Shown: positions 1-10,248 of the stretch, in pieces
Position numbering within the stretch: position 1 is the first letter of the stretch
Layout of the letters: every line of letters begins with the position of its first letter
Origin: an uncultured delta proteobacterium
GTDB lineage: Bacteria; Desulfobacterota; Desulfobacteria; Desulfobacterales; B30-G6
Assembly (NCBI GenBank): GCA_963823335.1
Contig: CAWGLD010000005.1
Span: 96,001 to 160,000, forward strand
Length of the DNA: 64,000 bases
Reading direction: 5' to 3'
The notes under the pieces: generated by a model
What the model was told of the DNA's origin: nothing
The model's input: only the letters and a program-made list of their open reading frames with translations
Database searches by the model: none
Position numbers and translations under genes: made by a program

Positions 1-133
1 GCTCGAGGTAGATGGCGCACGGCTCGGGTAGTCTGGACAAAACGTAACTGAAAACCTGCGGCGCTTTTTTTCGGATTTGGTCATCGGATGCGAAAAAGTG
101 CCGCTCTCACAACTCAAGTCAAAGGAGAATGCC

Positions 134-1402
134 ATGAAGAAATATGGCCTCAGTGTGTTCATTTCAATGGTGTTCACAATTCTGGTTGTCACGTCGGCCC
201 ACGCCGGCGGGATGTGGTTAGACGGTCAGGCAATCCCCGACATGGGGGTGGGGGGGGCAGGCCGCCAGGCGGCGGGGCTGGATGCTTCCACCGCCAGCGG
301 CAACCCGGCCGCCATGACGCGCCTGGACCAATCCCAGGTGGCAGGCGGTATCATGGGCATCTATCCCGATGTCCAGTTCGATGTCCAAAATTCCACTTTC
401 GGGGGCGGTGACGGCGGCAACGCCGGCAATTTCACCCCCGTACCGACGCTGTATTACGTGCACAGTCTGAGTTCGGATTTAAAACTGGGACTGGGGGTGG
501 GGTCTTATTTTGGTCTGGGCCTCGATTACGGTAATGACTGGGCCGGCAGGTATTACGTTCAAAGCGCCAGCTATGAGACGGTGGCAATCAACCCCACCAT
601 CGCCTATCGGATCGCTCCGTGGCTGTCGGTTGGCGGCGGCGCCAACATCGTCAGAGGTGAGATGAGCGCAAGGGTGGCTGTCAACACACTCCTGGAACCG
701 GGCGACGGGCGACTCAAGTACGATGCCACGGACGTGGGCTACGGGTTCAACCTCGGGGCACTGTTCGAATTTAGTTCCCGGACCCGCCTGGGCATCACCT
801 ATATCTCGGAAGTCGACCTGGACTTCAAGGACGACCTGCGCTTCAAAAACCTGAATGGCACGTTACTGGGGGCTGCTCTGGAGGCAAACGGGCTGATGGA
901 TTCCCGGTTGAAAATCGACTCCACCATTCCCAGTCAAGTGGCTTTGGGGGTCTATCACGCCTTCACCGACAAGCTCGCCATGGTGGGCTCGGTCAACTGG
1001 CAGGACTGGAGTAAATTTGGCGTGCCCGAAATCGCAGTGGCAGACAGCGACACGACCACGGCAGACCTGGACTACCAGGACACCTATCATGTGGGTCTGG
1101 GGGTCTATTACCGCGTGGAAGATTCCTGGCTGCTGATGGCCGGCTTCGGCTATGACAGCTCACCTATATCCAGCAGCAAAGATCGTTCTCCCACGCTGCC
1201 TTTTGACGAAACCTACAGCTATTCCGGCGGTGTGCAGTACGACTGGACCGGTAATTTTTCAATAGGTGCCGCCTACACGTTGATAGCTTCGGGCAAAGGC
1301 GAGGTGAACAAAACCGGCGGGCCGCTTCAGAGGGACCTCAAAGGGGAGTACGACACTTACTTCATTCACGCTTTTAACCTGAACTTTGTTTACCGGTTCT
1401 AA
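134..1402 (+). CDS. fadL: OmpP1/FadL-family outer-membrane transporter for long-chain fatty acids or hydrocarbons
   Basis: AAGGAG RBS before ATG 134; signal peptide; DAST..GNPAAMT hatch motif; WAGRYY; C-terminal aromatic beta-signal (FVYRF). Confidence 0.85.
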   Translation: MKKYGLSVFISMVFTILVVTSAHAGGMWLDGQAIPDMGVGGAGRQAAGLDASTASGNPAAMTRLDQSQVAGGIMGIYPDVQFDVQNSTFGGGDGGNAGNFTPVPTLYYVHSLSSDLKLGLGVGSYFGLGLDYGNDWAGRYYVQSASYETVAINPTIAYRIAPWLSVGGGANIVRGEMSARVAVNTLLEPGDGRLKYDATDVGYGFNLGALFEFSSRTRLGITYISEVDLDFKDDLRFKNLNGTLLGAALEANGLMDSRLKIDSTIPSQVALGVYHAFTDKLAMVGSVNWQDWSKFGVPEIAVADSDTTTADLDYQDTYHVGLGVYYRVEDSWLLMAGFGYDSSPISSSKDRSPTLPFDETYSYSGGVQYDWTGNFSIGAAYTLIASGKGEVNKTGGPLQRDLKGEYDTYFIHAFNLNFVYRF

Positions 1403-1716
1403 GATGGGCATGATGTTATTGATAAGGGAAAAAAAGTATTTATCTGATTTTGTCCCTGACGATGGCGACCGGTCTGTTAACCATAGCCTGGGGGAAGAAA
1501 CGGATAAAAACAACAAGGAGCGGTTTCAAATAGTTGAATGACTCCAACAAAACGGTAGATATCAACCCCCTAAGATTTCACCGGTGTGCGAAAATAATCA
1601 CAACTGGCCATATCTTGCACTCATAAGACCCTATGTGGTACCGTGGGCATAACCAGATGGTATCGGCAATAATTTTGATGAGGCTGATAACTGGACTTGT
1701 CTCCATGTATCTGTGA

Positions 1717-1774
1717 TCCCAACCTGTCGCTGGTGGCGGACTCGGTCCCCTCGCCGCGAAGCTTGTCGTTAAAT
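1717..1774 (+). mobile_element. attC-like (59-base element) integron recombination site, degenerate
   Basis: TCCCAAC (R'') ... GCTGGTGGCG / CGCCGCGAAGC (L boxes) ... GTTAAAT (R', fits GTTRRRY); 58 bp; ends 17 bp before an ORF. Confidence 0.55.
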
Positions 1775-1791
1775 GCTTATTAAGGCCAATT

Positions 1792-2268
1792 ATGGAAAAA
1801 GAATCAAATGATAGTGCGGCTATTCGTATACCGCCGCCGCTATATTTCTTTGCATGTTTGGGAATTGGTCTTTTGTTGGAATACCTTTTCCCCATTCATC
1901 TCGCCAGTATTTCATTAATCCCTCGGGTTGTCGTCGGCGGAACATTTATACTTATATCCATCTATTTTGCATTGAGTGGATTTGTTGCGCTGATCAAGAA
2001 TAGGACTCCATTTGACACTGCAAAATCTACCAATAAGATAGTGCAAGAGGGTCCATATCGTTTTTCTCGAAATCCATTGTACCTATCACTACTGCTTCTA
2101 TTATTTGGGTTTTCAGTTTTACTTGTGTCTCTCTGGCTACTCTTTACACTACCGATTCTCTATATTCTTTTCTTATTCAAAGCTGTGAAACCTGAAGAAA
2201 GCTATCTGTCACAAAAATTTGGAGAAGAATACTTAGATTATTCGTCAAAAGTAAAAAGATGGATTTAA
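1792..2268 (+). CDS. isoprenylcysteine carboxylmethyltransferase (ICMT/PEMT) family membrane protein
   Basis: IPPPLYF N-terminus; GPYRFSRNPLY and EESYL..FGEEY..Y..KVKRWI motifs; AT-rich. Confidence 0.85.
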   Translation: MEKESNDSAAIRIPPPLYFFACLGIGLLLEYLFPIHLASISLIPRVVVGGTFILISIYFALSGFVALIKNRTPFDTAKSTNKIVQEGPYRFSRNPLYLSLLLLLFGFSVLLVSLWLLFTLPILYILFLFKAVKPEESYLSQKFGEEYLDYSSKVKRWI

Positions 2269-2489
2269 ATAAATACCCCAGAAAGTGAAAGATTAATATT
2301 CCAACTTAGAGCGGTCATGTCTAATCAATGAAACACCTAACAAAGGACAGCAGATTACCCCAGTCGTACGAATCCAAGTAGCTCCAACACATTGGTAGAT
2401 TTCAGATTCCAAAATACTAATGATTTTGGTTTTATTTCAAAACCTATCGACATTGTTGGTTATGAGTTCGATAGGGGAGTAAATAGAAG

Positions 2490-3071
2490 GTGATGGAAAT
2501 GAAGAGTTCTGTGCTCATTATTTTGAGCCACCAAATTGTCTTTCAAGGCATGTTCTTTGCAAAAAACATCTTGCTTCGTCAAAGATTGGGGATGCAGGTT
2601 AGAGGGAGAAATCGAGAAGCCAGCTTATCGATTGTGTTCTTAGGTTTTTTCATCACTGTTTCTTTTCTATTTAGTTCGTTCAACGTCTCATTTGGAACCG
2701 TAGGTCTAATATCGAAAAGTGTTGCAACGGCCACAGCAATAGTACTCCTTGCTGTGAATATTTTGATAGGAGCAGCATCATTGATAGGATTGAAGGATTC
2801 ATGGCGTGTGGGCATATTGGAGGATCAACAAACTGATCTGATAGAAGGAGGTATATATCATTTCTCAAGGAATCCCTACTTTCTCTCCTATCTGATTATG
2901 CTTGCTGCTTACACAGTTCTCCTACAGAATATCATACTCCTTATTCTATCGTTATTGGGATTTGTTTTCATCCATAGGATGGTGTTGAAAGAAGAACAAC
3001 ATCTCACAGAGCAACACGGGGATATTTATCGCCTATATCTGAAAAAGGTCCCAAGATACTTCATTATTTGA
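2490..3071 (+). CDS. ICMT/PEMT family membrane protein
   Basis: SWRVGI, GIYHFSRNPYF and EEQHL..HG..Y..Y.KKVPRY motifs; AT-rich. Confidence 0.85.
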   Translation: MMEMKSSVLIILSHQIVFQGMFFAKNILLRQRLGMQVRGRNREASLSIVFLGFFITVSFLFSSFNVSFGTVGLISKSVATATAIVLLAVNILIGAASLIGLKDSWRVGILEDQQTDLIEGGIYHFSRNPYFLSYLIMLAAYTVLLQNIILLILSLLGFVFIHRMVLKEEQHLTEQHGDIYRLYLKKVPRYFII

Positions 3072-3368
3072 ATTTTCTTTTGACTTCATGCCCACGAAAT
3101 ATGGGATCTGAGAACCGTTGATCCAACTCATCAACGGTGAAAAGGGTTTCTGAAAACTTGTGATAGCTGCACGTGGCGTCTTTGATACTTGAGGATGTAC
3201 GGGATTATTAGGGGTAGCGCTATCATCTGGGGTTGATATTTTGTCTGAAATTTGGGATACAACAGTCCTAAGCACTAACACACATTCGGCACCTAACCAG
3301 ATGGAGTTGATTTAAATTATGCTGTGTTTACAACACATTGGAAGGGTAGGGTAGCCTCAAAATTCCGT

Positions 3369-3386
3369 GTCTCCCCTTCGGCACCA
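3369..3386 (+). mobile_element. tRNA 3'-end duplication (tRNA-Leu-like), candidate attR of an integrated element
   Basis: GTCTCCCCTTCGGCACCA resembles a tRNA T-stem 3' half plus acceptor strand ending in CCA; no rest of a tRNA upstream. Confidence 0.5.
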
Positions 3387-3522
3387 CTTTTTTATTAACT
3401 ATCTGATCTAACTTCTAATATAAAACCTCAATCCAAACCGGATATTTGTCTGATGCAAAGTATAAGGCTTGGTAACTTGCTGGTCAAGTCCAGGGGCTGT
3501 TCAGATATATAGCTACCGCATG

Positions 3523-3670
3523 CTAGAAGCTATCTCAAAAAAGTTTTTTGGCTCAATTTCTGTGTTGGTCCCTTGCTTCAACTCCTCGGAATACTTCAGT
3601 ATGCCTGCGGGTTGAAGTTCGGGTCCGCCTTGAACTTCAACCAAAACCCTTTTTTTGAGATGGCTTCTAG
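3523..3670. mobile_element. MITE of about 148 bp
   Basis: Terminal inverted repeats CTAGAAGCTATCTCAAAAAA / TTTTTTGAGATGGCTTCTAG (1 mismatch); CTAG at both ends; internal hairpin GGTTGAAGTTC...GAACTTCAACC. Confidence 0.75.
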
Positions 3671-3693
3671 TCATTTTCATTGGATGATATATT

Positions 3694-4509
3694 CTAATCC
3701 ACAATCCTCAGCTTATGCGTATCTTTTAGTTTCTTCCATATCTTCACAACAATCGCCATCGCAGGATTGGAGTCATCCAAACCTTCTTCTTCACAAAACT
3801 GCAAACACGATTCCTTGAGGGCTTCATTAACCGACCAGACCTCCAATTGCTGTTTGATATACCTGGCGAGAGTCAGATGAAATGGAACAAGGTCCTCTTT
3901 TGATAAATTTCCCAGAATCGAACGATCCCTGAGATCCATTTCGTTGATGATATCTACAGCGGCCTCATCAACCGTTTTTGGCATATCTGATGGATGTTCA
4001 ACATCGTTCCATTTTCTGGCTTTATGAATAAAGTTATTTTCAGAAAGACATACGAATAAAACAGATTCGATAATATCCAGTGTCGATTGATAGATTTTGG
4101 AGTCTTTACTTGCCCTTGGGCCAGCTACATTTAAAGTCTTTATGTCGTAATCCACAATCCAGTTGTTGATCTGGACAGCGGCATCAAACGGTGTAATGAT
4201 GGAGAGATTAATATGGAGCATTGACTTACCATACTTCAGGGCCATCTTTTCGGTGTGCTCAGAATCACCAGTAATCATCCCATGTGACAGAATGAGCGTA
4301 CCATCCGACTCCCGGATGTTCTTTTTGGTTCTTTCAGGATAGGAGTCTGTGTGCATTTCGATGAGGTTGTATTTATCTGACAGGGGGCCATTTTCAGTTA
4401 GACGACCCTTGGGTAACCAACCACCATGAGGTATGCCCAGTTTGATTGCGGCATCCAGTGCTCCTTGAGCAGCACCAGTTTGTCCACCTGATATTATCTT
4501 TTCAATCAT
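3694..4509 (-). CDS. putative molybdenum carrier (SLOG-superfamily) protein with C-terminal extension
   Basis: KIISGGQTG, GGW.PKGR..E.G, Y..RT..N..SDGTLI and LNVAGPRAS motifs. Confidence 0.8.
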   Translation of the reverse strand: MIEKIISGGQTGAAQGALDAAIKLGIPHGGWLPKGRLTENGPLSDKYNLIEMHTDSYPERTKKNIRESDGTLILSHGMITGDSEHTEKMALKYGKSMLHINLSIITPFDAAVQINNWIVDYDIKTLNVAGPRASKDSKIYQSTLDIIESVLFVCLSENNFIHKARKWNDVEHPSDMPKTVDEAAVDIINEMDLRDRSILGNLSKEDLVPFHLTLARYIKQQLEVWSVNEALKESCLQFCEEEGLDDSNPAMAIVVKIWKKLKDTHKLRIVD

Positions 4510-5018
4510 GGTTCTACTGACTGGGCTATGAGGGGTTCAAAAAAATTCTTGATATGATCGTCAGTTACAATGCCTATTCTTTTTGCCAGCTTTGGTGATA
4601 GGACGGTGAAATCACCCTTTGATTTTGCACACAGTTCATCCTTTTGGTTGAAAAGGAAACCCTCAACTAAAGCCGTTCGTTTTCCATTAAAATCTATCAC
4701 CCTTCCTTCAGCCCTCAGCTTTTCACCAACACGAACCGCTTTGATAAAATCGACCGTCATTGAGGTTGTTAGGGAAACTTTCTTAAGGAGATGTAATGCA
4801 GCCCAACTCATTATCTCGTCAAGGATCGTGGAAACAATTCCACCATGCGCGATCTTTTTCCATCCACCCATGTGTTCAGGTATTGATGGCCAAGAGTAAA
4901 CAGTCTCTTCGTTGGAAAAAAATTTCATTTGCAGGCCAAGACTATTGGTCGGGCTGCATCCGAAACAGGTATTGGTATCGGTGTTGAGAATCTCTTTGAA
5001 AATTGTATTGTTATCCAT
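4506..5018 (-). CDS. PaaI-family thioesterase
   Basis: CFGCS..N..GL and HGGIVSTILDE hotdog-fold motifs; start could instead be 5027. Confidence 0.85.
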   Translation of the reverse strand: MDNNTIFKEILNTDTNTCFGCSPTNSLGLQMKFFSNEETVYSWPSIPEHMGGWKKIAHGGIVSTILDEIMSWAALHLLKKVSLTTSMTVDFIKAVRVGEKLRAEGRVIDFNGKRTALVEGFLFNQKDELCAKSKGDFTVLSPKLAKRIGIVTDDHIKNFFEPLIAQSVEP

Positions 5019-5223
5019 GGTGTTCATCCTTTTGTTATAGAAAACTACGAACATCACACATCCCATTAAGTTTCTTTACAGTCTGATCATTCAGTAGTCA
5101 ATGCTTTGGCGTATTGATTATGGTCAGCTACATCTGAGGATTCTTTAAAAGTGGGCATGTTTCAGTGTTCCAGCAGGCACATCTGGTGAAGGTTAGTGTC
5201 TCAGTGAATGCTTGGTTGGTCAT

Positions 5224-5400
5224 GGCACCTATGCCGAACGTTCCGAAAAGGACCTGGCCGCAGGCAAATGCGATCTCATTGCCGTAGGACGGCCTTTTCT
5301 TGTGACTCCCGACCTGGTGGAGCGTTGGAAAACCGGCGCGGATGTTAATGCTCCGGACATGGATACATTTTATACACCTGGAGCCAAAGGCTATACCGAC
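5224..5400 (+). pseudogene. C-terminal remnant of an alkene reductase (Old Yellow Enzyme / NemA-like)
   Basis: DLIAVGRPFL..PDLVERW...N.PD..TFYT.G.KGYTD is the OYE C-terminus; the rest of the gene is absent. Confidence 0.75.
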
Positions 5401-5841
5401 ATTGTGTCTAAACGTCCAAGGCAACATGGACGGTTTCGAGGACTACATCCTAATAAGTTTAGAAATATCAACATCTTAACAGCAGCTGGAATACCCATTT
5501 TGTGATACTGTTTTCCGATGGCCGATCTAATGGCTGATGATTGACAAACCCGAACGATAAGGATATGATTGATTTTAATCTTTCTGACTCTCTATTTCCA
5601 CCTTGTATGAAGCGTAAAGCAGTTCTCGATACGCTGACCGAATCTTGTTTCCCATCGAATTTTCGCACCAGTGAGCAAACCATATACACTCGTCATACTC
5701 CAGGTAACACCTATCTGTAGATGATGGCCAACCGCCATCATTGTGCCAATCAAATTATTTTTAGTGTATCATCGCTACGGATGCTCTGGTCTTGTCCGGT
5801 TCTATTTAGGACTATAACAAATAAACAAAGGAGGTAACATC

Positions 5842-6414
5842 ATGGAAAAACAAATAAAGAATTATGAGACCATGCTTAGGGTTGCAAAATCAATCTCGCA
5901 CTCCAAGGACCCAGAAGAAGTTGCCTTAATGACAGTAGATAGTATTAAGACTGCTTTGGGTGTCAAAGGCTGTTCTTTATTTCTATTCAATCGGAAAACA
6001 AATGAACTGGAGTTGGCAACCTCATTCGGGTTGAGCGATGAATACATAAATAAAGGTCCTGTGAGTGCACTTCGCTCTGTTGCCCAATCTTTGGAGGATG
6101 GTCCAGTGGCGATTTATGATGTTATGGATGATCCCAGAATCCAGTATCCTAAAGAAGCGCATGAAGAAGGAATATCCTCCATACTATCCGTACCTATAGT
6201 TGTCGGGGGAAAACTGATGGGGGCAATGCGGGTTTATACCTCTGAACCTTGGGAGTTCACGTTAGATGATGTAAATTTTGTTCAGGCGCTGGCGCAAATA
6301 GCTGGAGGGGCAATAAATATGGCCAGATATGTTAAAGGATTAAAAAGCAGCATTGACGTTTTAAAAACAATGAGGGATGTTCAGATCCAGCGATCTACGA
6401 GAAGCACCCCTTAG
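5842..6414 (+). CDS. stand-alone GAF-domain protein
   Basis: AGGAGG RBS; SFGLSDEYINKGP, DPRIQYP..A..EGISSILSVPI. Confidence 0.8.
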   Translation: MEKQIKNYETMLRVAKSISHSKDPEEVALMTVDSIKTALGVKGCSLFLFNRKTNELELATSFGLSDEYINKGPVSALRSVAQSLEDGPVAIYDVMDDPRIQYPKEAHEEGISSILSVPIVVGGKLMGAMRVYTSEPWEFTLDDVNFVQALAQIAGGAINMARYVKGLKSSIDVLKTMRDVQIQRSTRSTP

Positions 6415-6449
6415 CTAAAAATACTGTTTTCAAATATGAAATGTCCGGG

Positions 6450-7403
6450 TTAAACTGCAACACCGTATTTATCCAGGATGAACGTCAGGTTGTTGATGGC
6501 GTTCTCATACTTGATTTTTCCGTAGTTGTAGTAATCGAACTCGATCTTTGAAACATTGAGTTGGATAAGGCTCCATAAAAACCAGTAGATGTCCGGAAAG
6601 GGTTTGAAGAGATCGACGAAGAAGAGGGTCCGATCTATTTTTTTCCCGCTGCAGTAGGCTTTTATGATATCCTTTTCTACGTCACGGGGCACGAGAACTT
6701 CCTGAAACATATCGGCAATGTCGTAGTATTTCGGGGCCATGCCACCATACTCCCAGTCGATGAGATACATGGCAGCATCGTATTTGTGGGCGGCCTCATC
6801 CTTGATGAGGATGAAATTGTCTGCCAGCAGATCGTTGTGGCAGGGGGTGTATTCAGATTCTGGAATATTGATGATGCTCGACAGCTTGATAAGTCTCTGG
6901 ATGGTGCCTGGGACATCGAATTCCGGATATTCGACATTGAGTTGTCGCAGGACAACGGACATTTTCATGACCTCCAGCAGGGGGTTGAATATTCGTTTGA
7001 GTTTGACCCCGCTGGTGTGAATTTTCCGGATCGGATCGACGATTTTTGGATGCAGTTTTTTATCTAAAAAATGATCGTTGGTCAATACAATGGCATCATC
7101 AATGAATTCAACGATGGTTACACCTTTTTCGGGCATGAATTTTACGAGCCGTGACCCCACGCCGATTTCTGCCATTTCCCGGATGGTGTGGGCCTCATAT
7201 TCACGGTCGATAAAAAGGTCGGTCTTGTCCCCATATACCCGGACGGTACAATCGCCTTTTTCAGACTGGATTCGATAGAGTTTGTTGGTAATACCACCAC
7301 TCAGGGTGGAAATTTTTACGTCGAGACCTTGCCACTCGGGCAACAATTCATAGCAGATGTCTTGGGTGAATTCTGTCTCTAAAAGGCTTATGGCTGCAGG
7401 CAT
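6450..7403 (-). CDS. choline/ethanolamine kinase family phosphotransferase
   Basis: LSGGITN P-loop, Brenner motif CHNDLLADNF, choline-kinase motif LIDWEYGG. Confidence 0.85.
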   Translation of the reverse strand: MPAAISLLETEFTQDICYELLPEWQGLDVKISTLSGGITNKLYRIQSEKGDCTVRVYGDKTDLFIDREYEAHTIREMAEIGVGSRLVKFMPEKGVTIVEFIDDAIVLTNDHFLDKKLHPKIVDPIRKIHTSGVKLKRIFNPLLEVMKMSVVLRQLNVEYPEFDVPGTIQRLIKLSSIINIPESEYTPCHNDLLADNFILIKDEAAHKYDAAMYLIDWEYGGMAPKYYDIADMFQEVLVPRDVEKDIIKAYCSGKKIDRTLFFVDLFKPFPDIYWFLWSLIQLNVSKIEFDYYNYGKIKYENAINNLTFILDKYGVAV

Positions 7404-7755
7404 GCTGGTTCCCCTTTTTCAGGTTTAGATCAGTATACGTTTGGGTATTATGATGAGCGCCAGGAAGTCATCCCACCAGATTAGGTGTCACGATGACCAT
7501 ACAAACATTTTAAAGAAGTTTATATAAATGGGGGTATAAAATGAGTCAATCTCTTTTTTGAAATTTACAGTCACCGAGGTCGGTCTGATCTATCGATAGC
7601 CATGGGAAACTGATAGACATTGCCGACTATATCGTTTATTATCACCAAAGTATTTGTGCATTTTTCCTGGAGGTGAGGTTGATAGCTAAAGACAAAGTTT
7701 CTTGTGGCATTGGCGCCCATCTCTAAAAATCATTTAAGGTGGGAGGATCATCATC

Positions 7756-8148
7756 ATGCTACTGGAAGAGGCTGAAAAAGTTATGGCTGCCGCAAGGGCA
7801 AAAGCACAGGAGATGAATGTTGCCATGTGTATTGCAGTGGTTAATGAAGCGGGCTTTTTAACAACATTTGTTCGCTCTGACAACTCGGAATTATGTGCCA
7901 TCCAATTTGCGATAGATAAAGCATATACGGCGCTTGTAAACCGATTAAGCACGATGGAATTAGGTGAACAATGTCAACCAAGCGGACCGCTTTATGGTCT
8001 TCAGAATAACCTAGGGGGACGTATGGTTATTTTTCCGGGTGGTATTCCAATCTGGAGAGAAGGGAATCTCATTGGCGCCGTCGGCGCAAGTGGGGGTGCC
8101 GTGGAAGAGGATCACGAATGTGCAATGGCGGGCGCGGCTGCGTTGTGA
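7756..8148 (+). CDS. GlcG/HbpS (PduO C-terminal-like) heme-binding protein
   Basis: IAVV..G, A.DKAYTA, GGIPI, IGAVGASGG..EEDH motifs. Confidence 0.85.
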   Translation: MLLEEAEKVMAAARAKAQEMNVAMCIAVVNEAGFLTTFVRSDNSELCAIQFAIDKAYTALVNRLSTMELGEQCQPSGPLYGLQNNLGGRMVIFPGGIPIWREGNLIGAVGASGGAVEEDHECAMAGAAAL

Positions 8149-8358
8149 GGTAATCGTATTCGGATGATATGTATTCGTGATGTGGAACACTCTATTTGGA
8201 CGGGAGCCATTAAAAAAAGGAATCAATTGTGGGAAACAGGATTTTCTTGTACGTGGGGGTTGCTCTGTTAGCAATTATCTGATAAACGTCCAACTCTCAC
8301 CTATTCGATTGTTTTATAAACGTAAATTAACCCCAACAGATGAAAGGAGCCTATTGAA

Positions 8359-9435
8359 ATGAAAGAGAAAAAAGAAGCAGGTAAAATCAAAAGGCGTGAT
8401 TTTATCAAGAAAGTAGGCGTCGGAGCCGCTGCGGTTGCAGCGACAGCTGTAAACGCACCCTTTGTACATGCGGCCAAGAAATCTACCATCAAGTGGAGAA
8501 TGCAGACGTATGCTGGCCCGGCACTGGCTGCCCATGTCGCAAAACCCTTCGTAGATGCGTTCAATACGGCTGCCAATGGGGAAATGATCATCGAATTGTA
8601 CAATGCCGATCAGCTCGTACCCCATGGCGAACTCTTCAGAGCTCTGCAAAAGGGCACCATTGATTTCGTTCAAAGTGATGACGACTCCATTGCTTCACCG
8701 GTTGATGTGTCTGTATTTGCGGCTTATTTCCCCCTGGCCTCGCGCTACAGCCTGGATGTCCCCACGCTGTGGAACTGGTACGGGTTTAACGAAATTTGGG
8801 AAGAAGCTTATGCAAAAATCAAAAATGTCACCTGGCTGGGTTCATGTGGTCAGGACCCGTGTAACTTTGCTACCACCAAACCCATCCGCCATATTGAAGA
8901 TTTTAAAGGCTTGAGAATGTATATGTTCCCCACCGGCGGAAGGTTTATGCAGCAGTTCGGCGTTGTTCCCATGGCCCTTCCTTACGAAGATGTTGAGATG
9001 GCCATTCAAACCGGCGAACTGGACGGCGTTGCCTGGTCCGGAATTACCGAGGACTACACAGTTGGCTGGGCCGACGTGACCAAATACTATCTTACCAACA
9101 ATATCTCCGGTGCCTGGGTAGGTTCCTATTTCGCCAATACCGAAAAGTGGAATGCCATCCCGGCACATCTGCAGCAGATGCTCAAGCTGGCAATGGATAG
9201 TGGTAACTACTACAGAGACCACTGGTACTGGTGGGGTGAGGCTTACTATCGTACCCAGAAAAACAAACTGGAACTTACCACCATCCCCGACAATGAATGG
9301 AAAGTCGTGGAAGATGCGGCCCTGAAGTATTGGGATGAAATTGCCGCCAAAAATGAGACGAATGCTAAGTGTGTAAAGATACTCAAAGAATACAACGCAA
9401 TCATGAAGGCAGCCGGTCCTCCTTACCGGTACTAA
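8359..9435 (+). CDS. dctP: TRAP solute-binding protein with Tat signal, resembling the ethanolamine-binding subfamily
   Basis: RRDFIK twin-arginine signal; WRMQTYAG, QSDDDS, WSGITEDYTVGWADV, NNISGAW. Confidence 0.85.
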   Translation: MKEKKEAGKIKRRDFIKKVGVGAAAVAATAVNAPFVHAAKKSTIKWRMQTYAGPALAAHVAKPFVDAFNTAANGEMIIELYNADQLVPHGELFRALQKGTIDFVQSDDDSIASPVDVSVFAAYFPLASRYSLDVPTLWNWYGFNEIWEEAYAKIKNVTWLGSCGQDPCNFATTKPIRHIEDFKGLRMYMFPTGGRFMQQFGVVPMALPYEDVEMAIQTGELDGVAWSGITEDYTVGWADVTKYYLTNNISGAWVGSYFANTEKWNAIPAHLQQMLKLAMDSGNYYRDHWYWWGEAYYRTQKNKLELTTIPDNEWKVVEDAALKYWDEIAAKNETNAKCVKILKEYNAIMKAAGPPYRY

Positions 9436-9471
9436 TGACATGAACACCACGTATTTATTATAAACAGGAGT

Positions 9472-9512
9472 GACTTTCCCCGGCTTCAACTTAGAGGACG
9501 CCGGGGAAAGTC
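9472..9512 (+). terminator. GC-rich hairpin between dctP and dctQ (attenuator or mRNA stabiliser)
   Basis: GACTTTCCCCGGC ... GCCGGGGAAAGTC perfect 13-bp stem. Confidence 0.65.
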
Positions 9513-9723
9513 CCCATAAGACCCTGAATTAAATTTATTGAGCGGTTTTTTACAAGAGATAAACCGGAATATTTTGTTAAAGGGTCCACGAGAATAAATG
9601 ACCTGCATCCAGTAGATCGGGGATGTTTCGTGAATTGCTTTTGCAGAATAGACTCGGTTCAGATCGGGTAAAAAATGCGCTCAATTTAATTTTGGACAAT
9701 GGTACCAAGAGAAAGGGGCTGAT

Positions 9724-10248
9724 ATGCCTAAATCAATTAAAGCCTTTGTGCGGTGGGTCGATGCGGTCAACAAGAAGGTCGGCTATTTTTCAATGTATCT
9801 GGTATTTGCCATGACCGGTGTTCTGCTGTACGAATCCATTTCCAGAACCATATTTGACAAACCCCATATATGGGTTGTGGAAATCGCACAGTTCACCATG
9901 GCGGCTTATTACCTGCTCGGCGGGGGGTACTCCATGATTCTGAAAGGACATGTCAGAATGGATCTTCTCTATGGCAGGTGGTCGGTGAAGAAGCAGGCGG
10001 TGATGGATCTGATAACCATGCCGTTTCTCATGTTCTACCTCGTATTTCTCCTCTGGGGAGGATTATCCAGCCTGCAATATGCCATCGAATACCAGCAGGT
10101 GAATTATACTTCATGGGCACCGCTCCTGTGGCCCATCAAATTGATTATGGTTATTGGGATCGCACTGATGCTGCTCCAGACCATAGCGACATTCTTTAAG
10201 GACCTGGAAAAAGCCATCAATGGAACAGAAGGAGAAGAAACAACATGA
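9724..10248 (+). CDS. dctQ: TRAP small permease
   Basis: Four TM helices, HVRMDLLY motif, position in operon. Confidence 0.88.
   Translation: MPKSIKAFVRWVDAVNKKVGYFSMYLVFAMTGVLLYESISRTIFDKPHIWVVEIAQFTMAAYYLLGGGYSMILKGHVRMDLLYGRWSVKKQAVMDLITMPFLMFYLVFLLWGGLSSLQYAIEYQQVNYTSWAPLLWPIKLIMVIGIALMLLQTIATFFKDLEKAINGTEGEETT

Noticed and set aside
3310-3386. Intact tRNA gene
   Set aside because: Only the 3' 18 nt are tRNA-like; no D arm, anticodon arm or matching 5' acceptor strand
3513-3818. Short ORFs overlapping the MITE
   Set aside because: Arise from repeat sequence or antisense overlap; no transposase motifs
5733-5748. sigma54-like site on the - strand (TGGCAC-N5-TGGC)
   Set aside because: Imperfect -12 element and no nearby downstream gene
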